This document shows positions 37,913 through 46,549 of a stretch of DNA of 49,340 nucleotides, in pieces. The stretch is from Nitrospirota bacterium (GTDB lineage: Bacteria; Nitrospirota; UBA9217): contig JAOUEV010000022.1 in assembly GCA_029858565.1 (NCBI GenBank), positions 1 to 49,340 of the forward strand, read 5' to 3'. Made by a program: the position numbers and the translations under genes. Position 1 is the first letter of the stretch. Every line of letters begins with the position of its first letter. A model generated the notes under the pieces. It was not told where the DNA came from. It ran no database searches and saw only the letters and a list, made by a program, of their open reading frames with translations.

Positions 37913-38779
37913 ATGAACATCATTCTCCAGTGCCCTGTCTGCCGCAATCCCCTTCTGCTCTCTGCAGACGGGTTTCAATGCTCCAAGAACCATAGCTTCG
38001 ACGCGAGCCGCGAAGGATATGTCAACCTTCTGCTGGCCCACAAGAAGCATTCCCGGGAACCCGGTGACAGCAAGGAAATGATCCAGAGCCGGAGACGTTT
38101 CCTGGACCGCGGTCACTACACCGGGGTCTCCGAAGGGATCAACGATGCGGCAGCGGCAGCGCTCTCTGCTCCGAGAGCAGAACCGGCTGTTCATATCCTT
38201 GACGCGGGTTGCGGAGAAGGTTTTTATCTCAAGCGGCTCAAGGACAGCCTCGCGAGCCTGCCCGCACCGCAGGCCGTTGCGGTATTGTACGGCATGGATA
38301 TCTCCAAGTTCGCCGTGCAGCTGGCAGCCCGGCGCGACAGGACCGTGAATTGGTTCGTTGCCAGCGTCAACGAACTCCCAATCGCCGACTCATCACTTGA
38401 TCTGGTCCTGAACGTCTTCTCCCCGGTTATTGTTTCCGAATTCGACCGCGTGCTCAAGGAACAGGGAACCCTGGTGATCGCGAGCCCCGGTCCGACGCAT
38501 CTGCACAGCCTGCGAAAGCTCATCTATCCGGAAGCCCGGGAGCACAAGCCCTCATCAGCCGTTGAGGAGACCGGCAAGATCCTTTCCCTATCCGCGCAAA
38601 CCCGGATCACCTATTCTCTTGAGCTTCAGGACCGCGAAACGATCCTGGACCTTCTGGCAATGACGCCTTATGTGTGGACCATTGACCGTGCGGCCAAAGC
38701 AACCGTGGAAAGCCTTGACCGCCTGCAACTGGATGTGGATGTGGAGATCCGGACGTTCAGGAAGAGAGCAACGGGTTAG
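37913..38779 (+). CDS. rlmA: RlmA-like 23S rRNA m1G methyltransferase
   Basis: N-terminal Zn finger CPVC...CSKNH, GYVNLL, LDAGCGEGFY, LLAMTPY. Confidence 0.88.
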   Translation: MNIILQCPVCRNPLLLSADGFQCSKNHSFDASREGYVNLLLAHKKHSREPGDSKEMIQSRRRFLDRGHYTGVSEGINDAAAAALSAPRAEPAVHILDAGCGEGFYLKRLKDSLASLPAPQAVAVLYGMDISKFAVQLAARRDRTVNWFVASVNELPIADSSLDLVLNVFSPVIVSEFDRVLKEQGTLVIASPGPTHLHSLRKLIYPEAREHKPSSAVEETGKILSLSAQTRITYSLELQDRETILDLLAMTPYVWTIDRAAKATVESLDRLQLDVDVEIRTFRKRATG

Positions 38780-38890
38780 TTTGGAAGAGCAATGATCAGA
38801 GGGCTCAAGGAGCACAACAACGGCCGAGGAACACGTGAAGGAATGGAATATGGATCGTAAAGCAGTTCCTGCAATGCCATATTGCGCCTG

Positions 38891-38922
38891 AAAAAGCCCA
38901 CTCGTGCGTAACGAGTGGGCTT
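38891..38922 (-). terminator. Terminator after HU
   Basis: AAGCCCACTCGT-GCGTA-ACGAGTGGGCTT with an A run on the left (U run on the minus strand). Confidence 0.75.
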
Positions 38923-38940
38923 GTGCTTTTTTGCGTTTGA

Positions 38941-39228
38941 TTACTTCGCGCCGAGGATGGCGTCCTTGGCAGCCTTGGCAACGCGGAACTTCACGACCTT
39001 CTTTGCCTTGATCTTGATGGTCTCGCCGGTGGCCGGATTCCTGCCTATACGTGCTTTGCGCTGGACGAGCACCAGCTTGCCGATGCCGGGCAGCGTAAAG
39101 GTGTTCTTTGCCTCTTTGTAGGCGGTCTGAGCGATGAACTCGAGAATATCCGCCGCAGCCTTTTTGGTGACCGATGCCTTTTCCGCGAGCTTTGCCACGA
39201 ACTGCGATTTCGTCATTGCTTTTGCCAT
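38941..39228 (-). CDS. hup: HU-family DNA-binding protein
   Basis: LPGIGKL, RKARIGRNPATGETIKI, VKFR. Confidence 0.95.
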   Translation of the reverse strand: MAKAMTKSQFVAKLAEKASVTKKAAADILEFIAQTAYKEAKNTFTLPGIGKLVLVQRKARIGRNPATGETIKIKAKKVVKFRVAKAAKDAILGAK

Positions 39229-39280
39229 GTTTTCCCCTTCCGCGCTTTCTGGATTTTGGATCTCTGTCTGCGTGCTGCGG

Positions 39281-39352
39281 TTACTTCTTGTCGGTCTTTG
39301 ATTTCTTCGGTTTCTTTGTTTCTTTCTTCGCGCCCTGCCGTGATTGTGCCAT
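39281..39352 (-). CDS. Lys-rich 23-aa micropeptide
   Basis: AGGAGGT RBS 8 nt upstream; MAQSRQGAKKETKKPKKSKTDKK. Confidence 0.6.
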   Translation of the reverse strand: MAQSRQGAKKETKKPKKSKTDKK

Positions 39353-39467
39353 AGCCTGTCACCTCCTGAAATAGGATTACATCCCTTAGCGCCGCCTGGC
39401 GCTGTTTTTACTTGCTAGACTCTACTCCTATTGTGCCTGATTGGCAAGAACGAAAGATATAGCAAGG

Positions 39468-39620
39468 ACCGTCTATCCTCTTCTCGCAGGGAGGTATGAG
39501 TCAGATGGCATGGTGGTCATCGTTTCACAGGGAGCGGGAACCTGGGATCCGCGCATGCGGCTCTGGCAGCCGGGCGAGATCGAGCGCGTGGTATTAAGAG
39601 CGAAGAAGAGAAGCATGTAA
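39468..39620 (+). pseudogene. 3' remnant of a YkuE-like metallophosphoesterase
   Basis: TVYPLLAGRYESDGMVVIVSQGAGTWDPRMRLWQPGEIERVVL resembles the VSxGxGTWGPxMR...EI C-terminus; no start or catalytic N-terminus. Confidence 0.6.
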
Positions 39621-39788
39621 GGGTGTTGTCAGCAGCAGGCTGTGGGGGATCTGCCGCTTAAGAATAGCGCGGTGTCCGTGACGCGGGATATCCTGTTCTC
39701 TCTCCGACCTGCAGCGCACTTGAGATCGCCTGATCCGCGCTTTCCGCTTAACCAGGCTCCTGCTTCCCCGCCGGGCTCTCGTGTTTTC

Positions 39789-40148
39789 CTACTGCGTCGA
39801 AAGCCAGTTCTTTGCCTCATCAAGGGAATCAAAAGCAACAATATTCCTGCCCGAGAATTTCAGCACCGCGTTATAAATGATCTGCTTGAGGCCTGTGACC
39901 CCGACAACTGCGCCCGCGATCACATAGGGCTTGTTGTGTTTGGTAAAATGCTTCAAGGCTTCCGTTGCTTCGACATTAAAGGTCAGATCCGTAACATCGG
40001 TGAGCGTCCGGATGGATTTCTCCGGCTGAGCAGCGATCACCGGCGTCGCGTCCTTCACAAGCTTGATGACATCCGGTGCTTTCGCGTTGGCAAGATCAAG
40101 ATGCAGCAGCTTTTTCCCTTTGTGCTCGATAAAATTTATTCGCGACAT
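39789..40148 (-). CDS. SpoIIAA/STAS-SEC14-like small protein
   Basis: TLTDVT, AVVGVTGLK, FDSLDEAKNWL; AAGGAG RBS. Confidence 0.75.
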   Translation of the reverse strand: MSRINFIEHKGKKLLHLDLANAKAPDVIKLVKDATPVIAAQPEKSIRTLTDVTDLTFNVEATEALKHFTKHNKPYVIAGAVVGVTGLKQIIYNAVLKFSGRNIVAFDSLDEAKNWLSTQ

Positions 40149-40419
40149 GATCTCTCCTTTTCAGCGGTCAGACTTCAGCCTGTCGACTTCAGTATATATA
40201 GGAGCGATCGTTATGTGAATACCATCGACAGGGCATTTTCAGGGTACCCGGTGCAACGTTACCTCAGGTATCGATTTCGACCAATAGCGCATATATTTTC
40301 TACTGCCCGGCTCTATTCACGTTGGCCGCTCCCCCCCTGTTTCGCTCAAACAAGAAAAGCCGGAGAGCGAACCTTTCCGGCCGAGTCATCGGGAAGACAC
40401 AATAAGCGCGTGTTCGTTC

Positions 40420-41334
40420 TTACAGCTCCACGATCCGCGTGCTGATCTCGATCGCCGCTTCAGCGCCCTGGCCGGCGGAGATGATCGCCTGGGAATGTCC
40501 CTGCCGCAGTGAACCGATGACAAAGAGGCCGGAGATGCTCGATTCGCCGCTGCCCCTGGTCATGATCTTGAAGCCGTCGGCATCACGTTCCAGGTCCAGA
40601 CCCTCGAGGTATTCGTCATTGAGCGAAATACCGCCCCACCCCAGGATCACCTCGCAGGGTATCACCCGTCCGTCGCTGAGCCGCACTCCCTCGAGGGTCT
40701 TATCGCCGAGCAGTTCCTCGGGCCGCCCCTCGACCAGGCCGATCCCTTCGTCCTCAAGCAGGGTCCGGTAGACCGGCGCAAGAGTGAATCCATGGGCAAG
40801 GAAGGTCACGTCCCGCGTGTACATCTGCTTCATGCCCACGCTGAGGCGCACGCCGTTGACCGTGCGGTCGATGACCAGAAGCTTTTTGTTCGTTGTTCGG
40901 TAGCCGTCGCAGATCATGCAGGTGAAATAGGAGTGTCCGAAAAAGCGGTGCAGGTTCTTGAAGGGCGCAAGGGTCTCCTTGGCCCCTGACGCGGCAACGA
41001 CATAGCGCGAGCGATAGATCTTAGCGTTCGCCAGCACCTCGAATATCCCCTCCCGCAATGTGACGCGCTCCACGCGGACGTTCTCGATAGTAACGCCGAA
41101 ACTTTTCACCTGGGTGAGTCCGGCCTCCAGAAGCTCCGGACCTGAGACAACAGGGATTCCCAGATAGTTCTCGATATGCTTCGCATAGCCTGTCCTGCCT
41201 CCGGGCGTGTGGAACAGCAGGACGCGGAAGTTGTATCTGCCAAGATGGATGCAGGCTTGCAGACCTCCGGGCCCGGCGCCAATTACGATGCAGTCGAAGA
41301 TGTCTTCACGGCTTCCGCTGTCTGGTCGTTCCAT
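40420..41334 (-). CDS. Thioredoxin-reductase-like FAD oxidoreductase
   Basis: VIGAGPGG, CMICDG (CxxC), SISGLFVIG. Start at MERPD behind GGAGG. Confidence 0.85.
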   Translation of the reverse strand: MERPDSGSREDIFDCIVIGAGPGGLQACIHLGRYNFRVLLFHTPGGRTGYAKHIENYLGIPVVSGPELLEAGLTQVKSFGVTIENVRVERVTLREGIFEVLANAKIYRSRYVVAASGAKETLAPFKNLHRFFGHSYFTCMICDGYRTTNKKLLVIDRTVNGVRLSVGMKQMYTRDVTFLAHGFTLAPVYRTLLEDEGIGLVEGRPEELLGDKTLEGVRLSDGRVIPCEVILGWGGISLNDEYLEGLDLERDADGFKIMTRGSGESSISGLFVIGSLRQGHSQAIISAGQGAEAAIEISTRIVEL

Positions 41335-41638
41335 GACCCACCTCCGGGAGGCTGCTGCAGGCAGCACACGCTATCACTTCCCTCATGCGATGAGCGTACC
41401 AGAGAACCAGGACCGGGTCAAACGGAATGATCAAGGGTCCGGCAGGCCGCCAAGCGCGGCTCATACTCTGTCTCGACGATCCGGGGCGGATCCGCGTGAC
41501 CCGTCCACGGGAGGAGTCCGACCGCATCTGTCAGTGAGCGATATCACGATCGCTGATCATCAGTGAGCGCGCACTGCCGGACCTGCTCGAAAAAAGACTG
41601 GCCTCGGGCGTTAATCCCGCAGGAACGATCGCCGCTCC

Positions 41639-42130
41639 TCAGTCGGACGTTCTGACCGGCCCCGCATCAGTATCGCCAAACCGCTCAACGACCTCGAGGT
41701 TCCTTATGCCGTTCCGCGTGAATTCCGCGATATACCGCTGCCGGATCGGACCTTCCGTTCTCTGACGCTCCTCGTCGCTCATGGCGTTCAGCTGTTCAGC
41801 CCCTCCCGCGATCAGCGCCGCGTCGCGAAAAGACAACCGCGAGATCAGATCGTTCCAGAACAGATGATCGGAAAACTCGTGCATCACCTTATGTGCCACG
41901 CTGTTTTCCTCGAATGCTTTGGTCGGGATATTCCGCTTCGCGGTCTCATCATAGGACATCAAATGGCCCAGCCCTTCGACCCGCGAGAGCCCGTAGAGCT
42001 TCTGGACCAGGGCTCGCTGTCGTTCGGTCCTGGCGTCCTCTGTCCGCCGATTGCCGGACATGACTATATCCGCGATATGCAGGATATCCAGCAGGTCGAG
42101 GTAGTCCTGTGAGGTTAGCGTTATGTTCAT
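41639..42130 (-). CDS. Hypothetical protein
   Basis: Coding-like ORF from MNITLT with AAGG RBS; no family recognised. Confidence 0.7.
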   Translation of the reverse strand: MNITLTSQDYLDLLDILHIADIVMSGNRRTEDARTERQRALVQKLYGLSRVEGLGHLMSYDETAKRNIPTKAFEENSVAHKVMHEFSDHLFWNDLISRLSFRDAALIAGGAEQLNAMSDEERQRTEGPIRQRYIAEFTRNGIRNLEVVERFGDTDAGPVRTSD

Positions 42131-42231
42131 TGTGCGCCTTTCGCTGTCGCTGCTGATGGGGGAATGGGATGTGTGGTTGACCCGGGGAAAGTTTACCACG
42201 GAGGCATTTTTGAGTCACTAGGGGAAATACA

Positions 42232-42262
42232 AAGCGGGACAGGTCATTGACCTGTCCCGCTT
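42232..42262 (-). terminator. Terminator hairpin
   Basis: AAGCGGGACAGGTCA-T-TGACCTGTCCCGCTT downstream of 42290..42664. Confidence 0.7.
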
Positions 42263-42289
42263 CATCGATGTGTGCCCGTCAACGTACGG

Positions 42290-42664
42290 TTACTGCTTCC
42301 CGCTGTCCTTGTTCTCCTTCTTCGCCCTCGAAGCCTTCCTGTTCTTCCTGCCCGCAAGATAGGCCTCGATGGGCCGCCACCCGAAGGACATGCTGCCTGC
42401 CGCAGCTTCCGCTACTCCCTGGGCAAGCTTCCTCGTGATCAGGCTCAGGGTCATCGCGATCCCGATGAAGGGGAGGAACATTGCGAAGACCAGGCCGATC
42501 GCCGGGGCCGCCATGAGCATCACTGCCGCCGATGCCTTGATGTACCGGGTCTTGCTGTCGCCGGGAAGGCTGCCTTCCTGTTTCATCTCCACTCTGTTGC
42601 CATTCGCCATGTTCCAGTAGGTTCCTGCCTTTACTGTGGTTCCGCCGTTGGTCAACATGTTCAT
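42290..42664 (-). CDS. Hypothetical membrane protein
   Basis: AAGGAGG RBS; VKAGTYWN, TM hairpin with FLPFIG, basic tail. Confidence 0.8.
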   Translation of the reverse strand: MNMLTNGGTTVKAGTYWNMANGNRVEMKQEGSLPGDSKTRYIKASAAVMLMAAPAIGLVFAMFLPFIGIAMTLSLITRKLAQGVAEAAAGSMSFGWRPIEAYLAGRKNRKASRAKKENKDSGKQ

Positions 42665-42739
42665 TCCCTCCTTCTGGGTTTATTTTCTCTTCTTGTTGAT
42701 TAGAGCATACTCCCGGAAGGGGAAAAGGGTAAGTGGGAT

Positions 42740-42773
42740 TAGTTCCTAGGACGGAGGGTAATAGTTCCTAGGA
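42740..42773. promoter_or_regulatory. Direct repeat TAGTTCCTAGGA x2 with 22-bp period, candidate regulator binding site
   Basis: Exact 12-mers at 42740 and 42762, upstream of the gene starting at 42664. Confidence 0.55.
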
Positions 42774-42901
42774 AGAAGTTCGTAGATGGAAGAACAGGGA
42801 TAAGAGGCGAAGAAGGGCTAGAGATGTAAGTGATAAGTGGTAAACGAAAAAAAGCCGGTTGCTTACTGCTCTACTGCTGAAAGCTCTCGTGACGGATCTT
42901 C

Positions 42902-43657
42902 CTACTGCTTGCTGGTGAGCGGGAACCGCGCGTTGTGGCGGCGGAGGTCAGCGGCAAGGGATTCCATTTCTTCGTGGGTAAGATGGCCGTGCTCGACAAA
43001 GTAGCGGCCCAGCTTTTTCTGCATCGTGCGCTGATAAGCCAGCAGGAGCCGGGCCTGGTAGGAAGTGAGAAAACCGAGCTGCTGCGCCCGTTCGGTGAAG
43101 AGCCGGTGAGGCCTGCCGTTGAAGGCAAGGATCGCGCGGATGGTGTTGTCGTTCAGCCAGCCCCACTGCTTCGCAATGGAGCCGACAACCGGCCGCTGCC
43201 GCATCTGCCACGCCAGGGCCTTGATCAAGGTGCGATAGGGGATGCAGCCGCGATAGTAGAGATACCTTCCGATCTCCAGCCGCCGCTCGGGCAGCACACC
43301 GCGGAACCGCCAGCCGGTGTTGTCCACATGGAACGACGGCGTCGCGGCTGCGGCAGGCGTTCTGCGGACCCGTGGGGATTTCCGGTGCCCTGTTTTGGAA
43401 CGGTCGCGATGTTCGCAGTACTTCCGGATAATATCGTAGGCGTCGTTCACGATCCGGAACTTGTCGGTGTGCTTCCGCTGGATCTCGGGATCGTGGGCCG
43501 TGAAAAGGTCGGGGTGGGTTTCCTTGGCGCGCTTGCGGAAGGCTGACTTGATGTCGCTGTGCTTCAGGCGAAGAAGGAAGTCCGGGGAGGCGCACGCGTC
43601 CGTGCCGAACAGTGTTCTGCAGGCATCAAGAATGTTCGTGTCCGGATAGGCCAGCAT
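42902..43657 (-). CDS. J-domain protein with four MshEN-like motifs (paralog of 4235..4969)
   Basis: LDACRTLFG, KSAFRKRAKETHPDLF, EIGRYLYYRG, KLGRYFVEHGHL. Confidence 0.8.
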   Translation of the reverse strand: MLAYPDTNILDACRTLFGTDACASPDFLLRLKHSDIKSAFRKRAKETHPDLFTAHDPEIQRKHTDKFRIVNDAYDIIRKYCEHRDRSKTGHRKSPRVRRTPAAAATPSFHVDNTGWRFRGVLPERRLEIGRYLYYRGCIPYRTLIKALAWQMRQRPVVGSIAKQWGWLNDNTIRAILAFNGRPHRLFTERAQQLGFLTSYQARLLLAYQRTMQKKLGRYFVEHGHLTHEEMESLAADLRRHNARFPLTSKQ

Positions 43658-43733
43658 GCTCAAGGCGCCTCCTTCCAACGCTTGATTGAAATTTACCCTT
43701 TCAGCGGGAAGTTGTCAAGAAAGAGGTTTACGA

Positions 43734-43789
43734 TTGGAACACGCACGTGTACCGCCGCAAAGCGGTCGGACACGACGCGCTCGTTGAAA
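43734..43789 (-). other. Degenerate attC-like site
   Basis: Minus strand TTTCAAC-GAGCGCGTCGTGTCCGACCGC-TTT-GCGGCGGTACACGTGCGT-GTTCCAA; bulged hairpin bounded by AAC/GTT. Confidence 0.4.
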
Positions 43790-43877
43790 TCATATTGTTA
43801 CCACGCTCAAAGATACTTTTATTTACATCAAAGATTCGATCTCATAACTTCCCTATAACTTCCGACTCCATTACGCT

Positions 43878-44789
43878 TCAGTTGGCAAAATATCCGACTG
43901 TCCTGATGATGTCACCTCCTGATTTAACAAAATCAAACCAGCTGGTGATCATTTCCGGCTTACGCCAATAGTCATGTACATGAGTGACAGTCCCGAAAAC
44001 TTCGCTGCTGGCGGTTTTATCGTATTCTGCCTCAAAACTGAGGAGGGGATCTTCCGTGGCGAGAGAGTCAAGAAATCCGTGACCTAACCTTGTGATTGTT
44101 CGTCCGTCCTGCAGTGTTATCACGGTTGGGATGCTACGGGCCGAAGTCACATCGATGCCTACCGTTCCAACGGAAATATCGGCGGGGAGGTCATACGCTG
44201 CATCGGTGACGGCTCCGGTTATCACTTTGCCCGGACTTGCGAGCTGACTCACGAAAGAGAAGCCATCGTTTGCGGTGCCCCGATAAGCTTGGGTTGGGCA
44301 ACCGGGCACACCTAGATAAGGAAATCCCGGGGGATCGAAACAGCAGCCGCATTCAGCCAAGTTGGTCCTGTTGGAAAATCCGCTCCAGTCTGGATGATCA
44401 CATCCATGATGATGAAAGGCAATTTCATGCCCATTGGACAGCCACGAGCGTGCAGTCGCTGTTCGTTCGGCGCTTGCCAGAATATATTCAGCCCACTGTG
44501 GATTGAGGGCGATGGTGAGTTTGAAGTTGTAGCTGTCCGCCAAGGCAACCAGCGAGCGAAGCGAAGGCCAAAGCGCTTCCTGGTATTTGAGGTTAAGGTT
44601 ATCGGCGCCGGTTACGATTTCCTGATACCAAGGGTATTGCGCCTCGCCAACTTCCGCATGAATCATCATGAAGGTTTTTGTACGTTGTTGTCCCGTGTCG
44701 GTGGGAGGAGTGTTTGCGCGATTACAAAACGTTCCGGCGAATACCAAAATCAGGCAGGTGAGGATTATCCGGAATTTGGTCTTCTTCAT
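43878..44789 (-). CDS. Exported hypothetical protein, NodB/polysaccharide-deacetylase-like fold; possible gene cassette
   Basis: Signal peptide MKKTKFRII..., KLTIALNPQW, GHEIAFHHH, VTHVHD. Confidence 0.65.
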   Translation of the reverse strand: MKKTKFRIILTCLILVFAGTFCNRANTPPTDTGQQRTKTFMMIHAEVGEAQYPWYQEIVTGADNLNLKYQEALWPSLRSLVALADSYNFKLTIALNPQWAEYILASAERTATARSWLSNGHEIAFHHHGCDHPDWSGFSNRTNLAECGCCFDPPGFPYLGVPGCPTQAYRGTANDGFSFVSQLASPGKVITGAVTDAAYDLPADISVGTVGIDVTSARSIPTVITLQDGRTITRLGHGFLDSLATEDPLLSFEAEYDKTASSEVFGTVTHVHDYWRKPEMITSWFDFVKSGGDIIRTVGYFAN

Positions 44790-44941
44790 AAGCACCATCG
44801 GCATCATGCTTCCGTGAGCGTCGATGAACGCTTGTAACAAGATTTAATACTTCAGGAGACAATATCATAAAGGTAACAGTCGGTCAAATACTATGAGCAA
44901 CGAAAACACCATAACGAATAAAAATTGGTATCTCGCAATTT

Positions 44942-44968
44942 GACTAACATCCAGTTTCTGTTATACCC
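44942..44968 (-). other. Candidate attI site
   Basis: Minus strand GGGTATAACAGAAACTGGATGTTAGTC; a GTTAGTC core (near GTTRRRY) just upstream of and divergent from the intI remnant. Confidence 0.4.
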
Positions 44969-45021
44969 AGGAATGGAAAATAATATTCCAAAACGGAATA
45001 TTCATTTTAAGGAGGATGCCG

Positions 45022-45146
45022 ATGCAACTATTCCTGATAGCGTTCTGATGCATTTCAATGCACTTCTGGACAAGACATCTGTTCGCTTTTCACTCCACGA
45101 TGACTACCGGAAGTGGCTTCGGTACTATCCGGGTTTTCGCGCCAAG
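45022..45146 (+). pseudogene. intI: 5' remnant of an integron integrase (frameshifted and truncated)
   Basis: AAGGAGG RBS, ATG, then after a frameshift TIPDSVLMHFNALLDKTSVRFSLHDDYRKWLRYYPGFRAK, resembling the Y.KWLRYYLDF..KY N-terminal extension of deltaproteobacterial-type IntI (from memory). Confidence 0.6.
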
Positions 45147-45350
45147 GGAGTATTTGGTGTCAGGAGTATTTGGTGTCAGACTTGGAGTATTTGGTGTCAG
45201 GAGTATTTGGTGTCAGACTTCATTATTCACATTCTAAGTGCGCTATGCTCATAAAGATACTAATTATGAAGTCTGACCCTCAAGGCCTTGATGCAAACAT
45301 GGCAAAGGAAGCGGGAAATGTCAAAATATTAATTATGAAGTCTGACCCCA
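45147..45350. repeat. Stuttered GG(T/G)GTCAGACTTCAT inverted-repeat element
   Basis: 4x GGAGTATTTGGTGTCA (two 37-bp units), then two inverted copies TAATTATGAAGTCTGACCC at 45261 and 45330. Confidence 0.85.
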
Positions 45351-46298
45351 TACGGTCACTATCCCAGGCATAGGGACTATGTTGATTTATTACGGCATGC
45401 AGCTGCTGCATGGTTTAAGAGCAAGTCCTACCATGCGCATTCTCGAATGAACTACTGCTTGGCTTCGTGGAGCGATTGGCACAATAACATCATTCTTGAT
45501 GAGGTTGTTCAATACATCGAACGCTGTAAAGCTGAATGCGAAGCTGGTGGGCGCCCGTTTCCTCTTCATAAATTCATTCACCACGGGCTAAGTAGTCAGG
45601 CGATGGCATTCAATCTGCTAGGTCCGCTAATTACACGTAATGACTACGCTCCCCTTGTTTCCCTCTTGTCTAATAAGAACGTCTCAATGGCATCAAGAGT
45701 CGTAGGCGCAGTGTTTGAGTATGAAGATAGAGATGTGTTTAATGAAGACGTTGGACAGCCAACATCACTTGACATAGCATTAAAAGATAGGGATGAGAAA
45801 CCTCTAATATTTATAGAGTCGAAATTGGTTGAGCAGGAATTTGGGGGCTGTTCTGTATTTGCCGCTGGTGATTGCGACGGGAGTAATCCTCAGAACCAAT
45901 TAGAGTCATGCTATTTGCATTTTATTGGGCGCAAATATTGGGGTTTAATGAATAAATATGGTTTTAATAATTTACTCTCGAATGAAAAGCAGTGCGTATT
46001 TACAAGTCACTATCAATTTTTTAGGGAAATACTTTTTAGTCTTGAGCAAAACGGCATTTTTGTGTTGCTTCATGACGAACGAAGTCCCGTTTTTAATTAT
46101 AATGTTAATGGGAAGTTCCGAGGCTTAATGCCCTATCTATTACAGTATGTTCCTACGCAGTATCGTAATAGGATAACCTCAATTAGCATTCAAGAACTTG
46201 TCGCACAAATAGAATTGCTACCAAGACACAAGGATTGGATTGATGAGTTTAAGGTGAAGTTCGGGCTGGGTGAGCTGTCCATTGAACAGAGACCATAA
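45351..46298 (+). CDS. PGN_0703-like PD-(D/E)XK putative restriction endonuclease, probably 5'-truncated
   Basis: HHGLSSQAMAFNL, PTSLD...IESKLVE, YQFFRE. The frame stays open upstream of ATG 45447 to the repeat element with no start codon. AT-rich. Confidence 0.7.
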   Translation, partial: YGHYPRHRDYVDLLRHAAAAWFKSKSYHAHSRMNYCLASWSDWHNNIILDEVVQYIERCKAECEAGGRPFPLHKFIHHGLSSQAMAFNLLGPLITRNDYAPLVSLLSNKNVSMASRVVGAVFEYEDRDVFNEDVGQPTSLDIALKDRDEKPLIFIESKLVEQEFGGCSVFAAGDCDGSNPQNQLESCYLHFIGRKYWGLMNKYGFNNLLSNEKQCVFTSHYQFFREILFSLEQNGIFVLLHDERSPVFNYNVNGKFRGLMPYLLQYVPTQYRNRITSISIQELVAQIELLPRHKDWIDEFKVKFGLGELSIEQRP

Positions 46299-46549
46299 CA
46301 CCCTGCAATTGCAGCATTAGTGCCTGATCAACTCCACGAGATACCCCTAAAAGTACCCCCACCGTCGATTAAATGACACGGAAGCGGTTTTCAAAGGATG
46401 AACTTGCTGCTTCTTAGGGTATCAACTGAATAAGACAACAATAATCGTCTTACTGGACAATTAGATTAGGGTAGATGCTACGAACTACACCTACTACTAC
46501 GTAATTTCGATCGAATGCAACCATTATCAATTACTGGTTGTTACCTGCA

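Noticed and set aside
39497-39598. Small ORF MSQMAWW... with GGGAGGT RBS
   Set aside because: The overlapping frame matches a metallophosphoesterase C-terminus, so the RBS-like sequence is probably coincidental.
45147-45220. Possible CRISPR array
   Set aside because: The 16-bp units are adjacent or separated by an identical 5-mer; there are no unique spacers and no cas genes.
44925-45373. ORFs 44925..45254 and 45113..45373 as real genes
   Set aside because: Chimeras of the intI remnant and translated repeat units.
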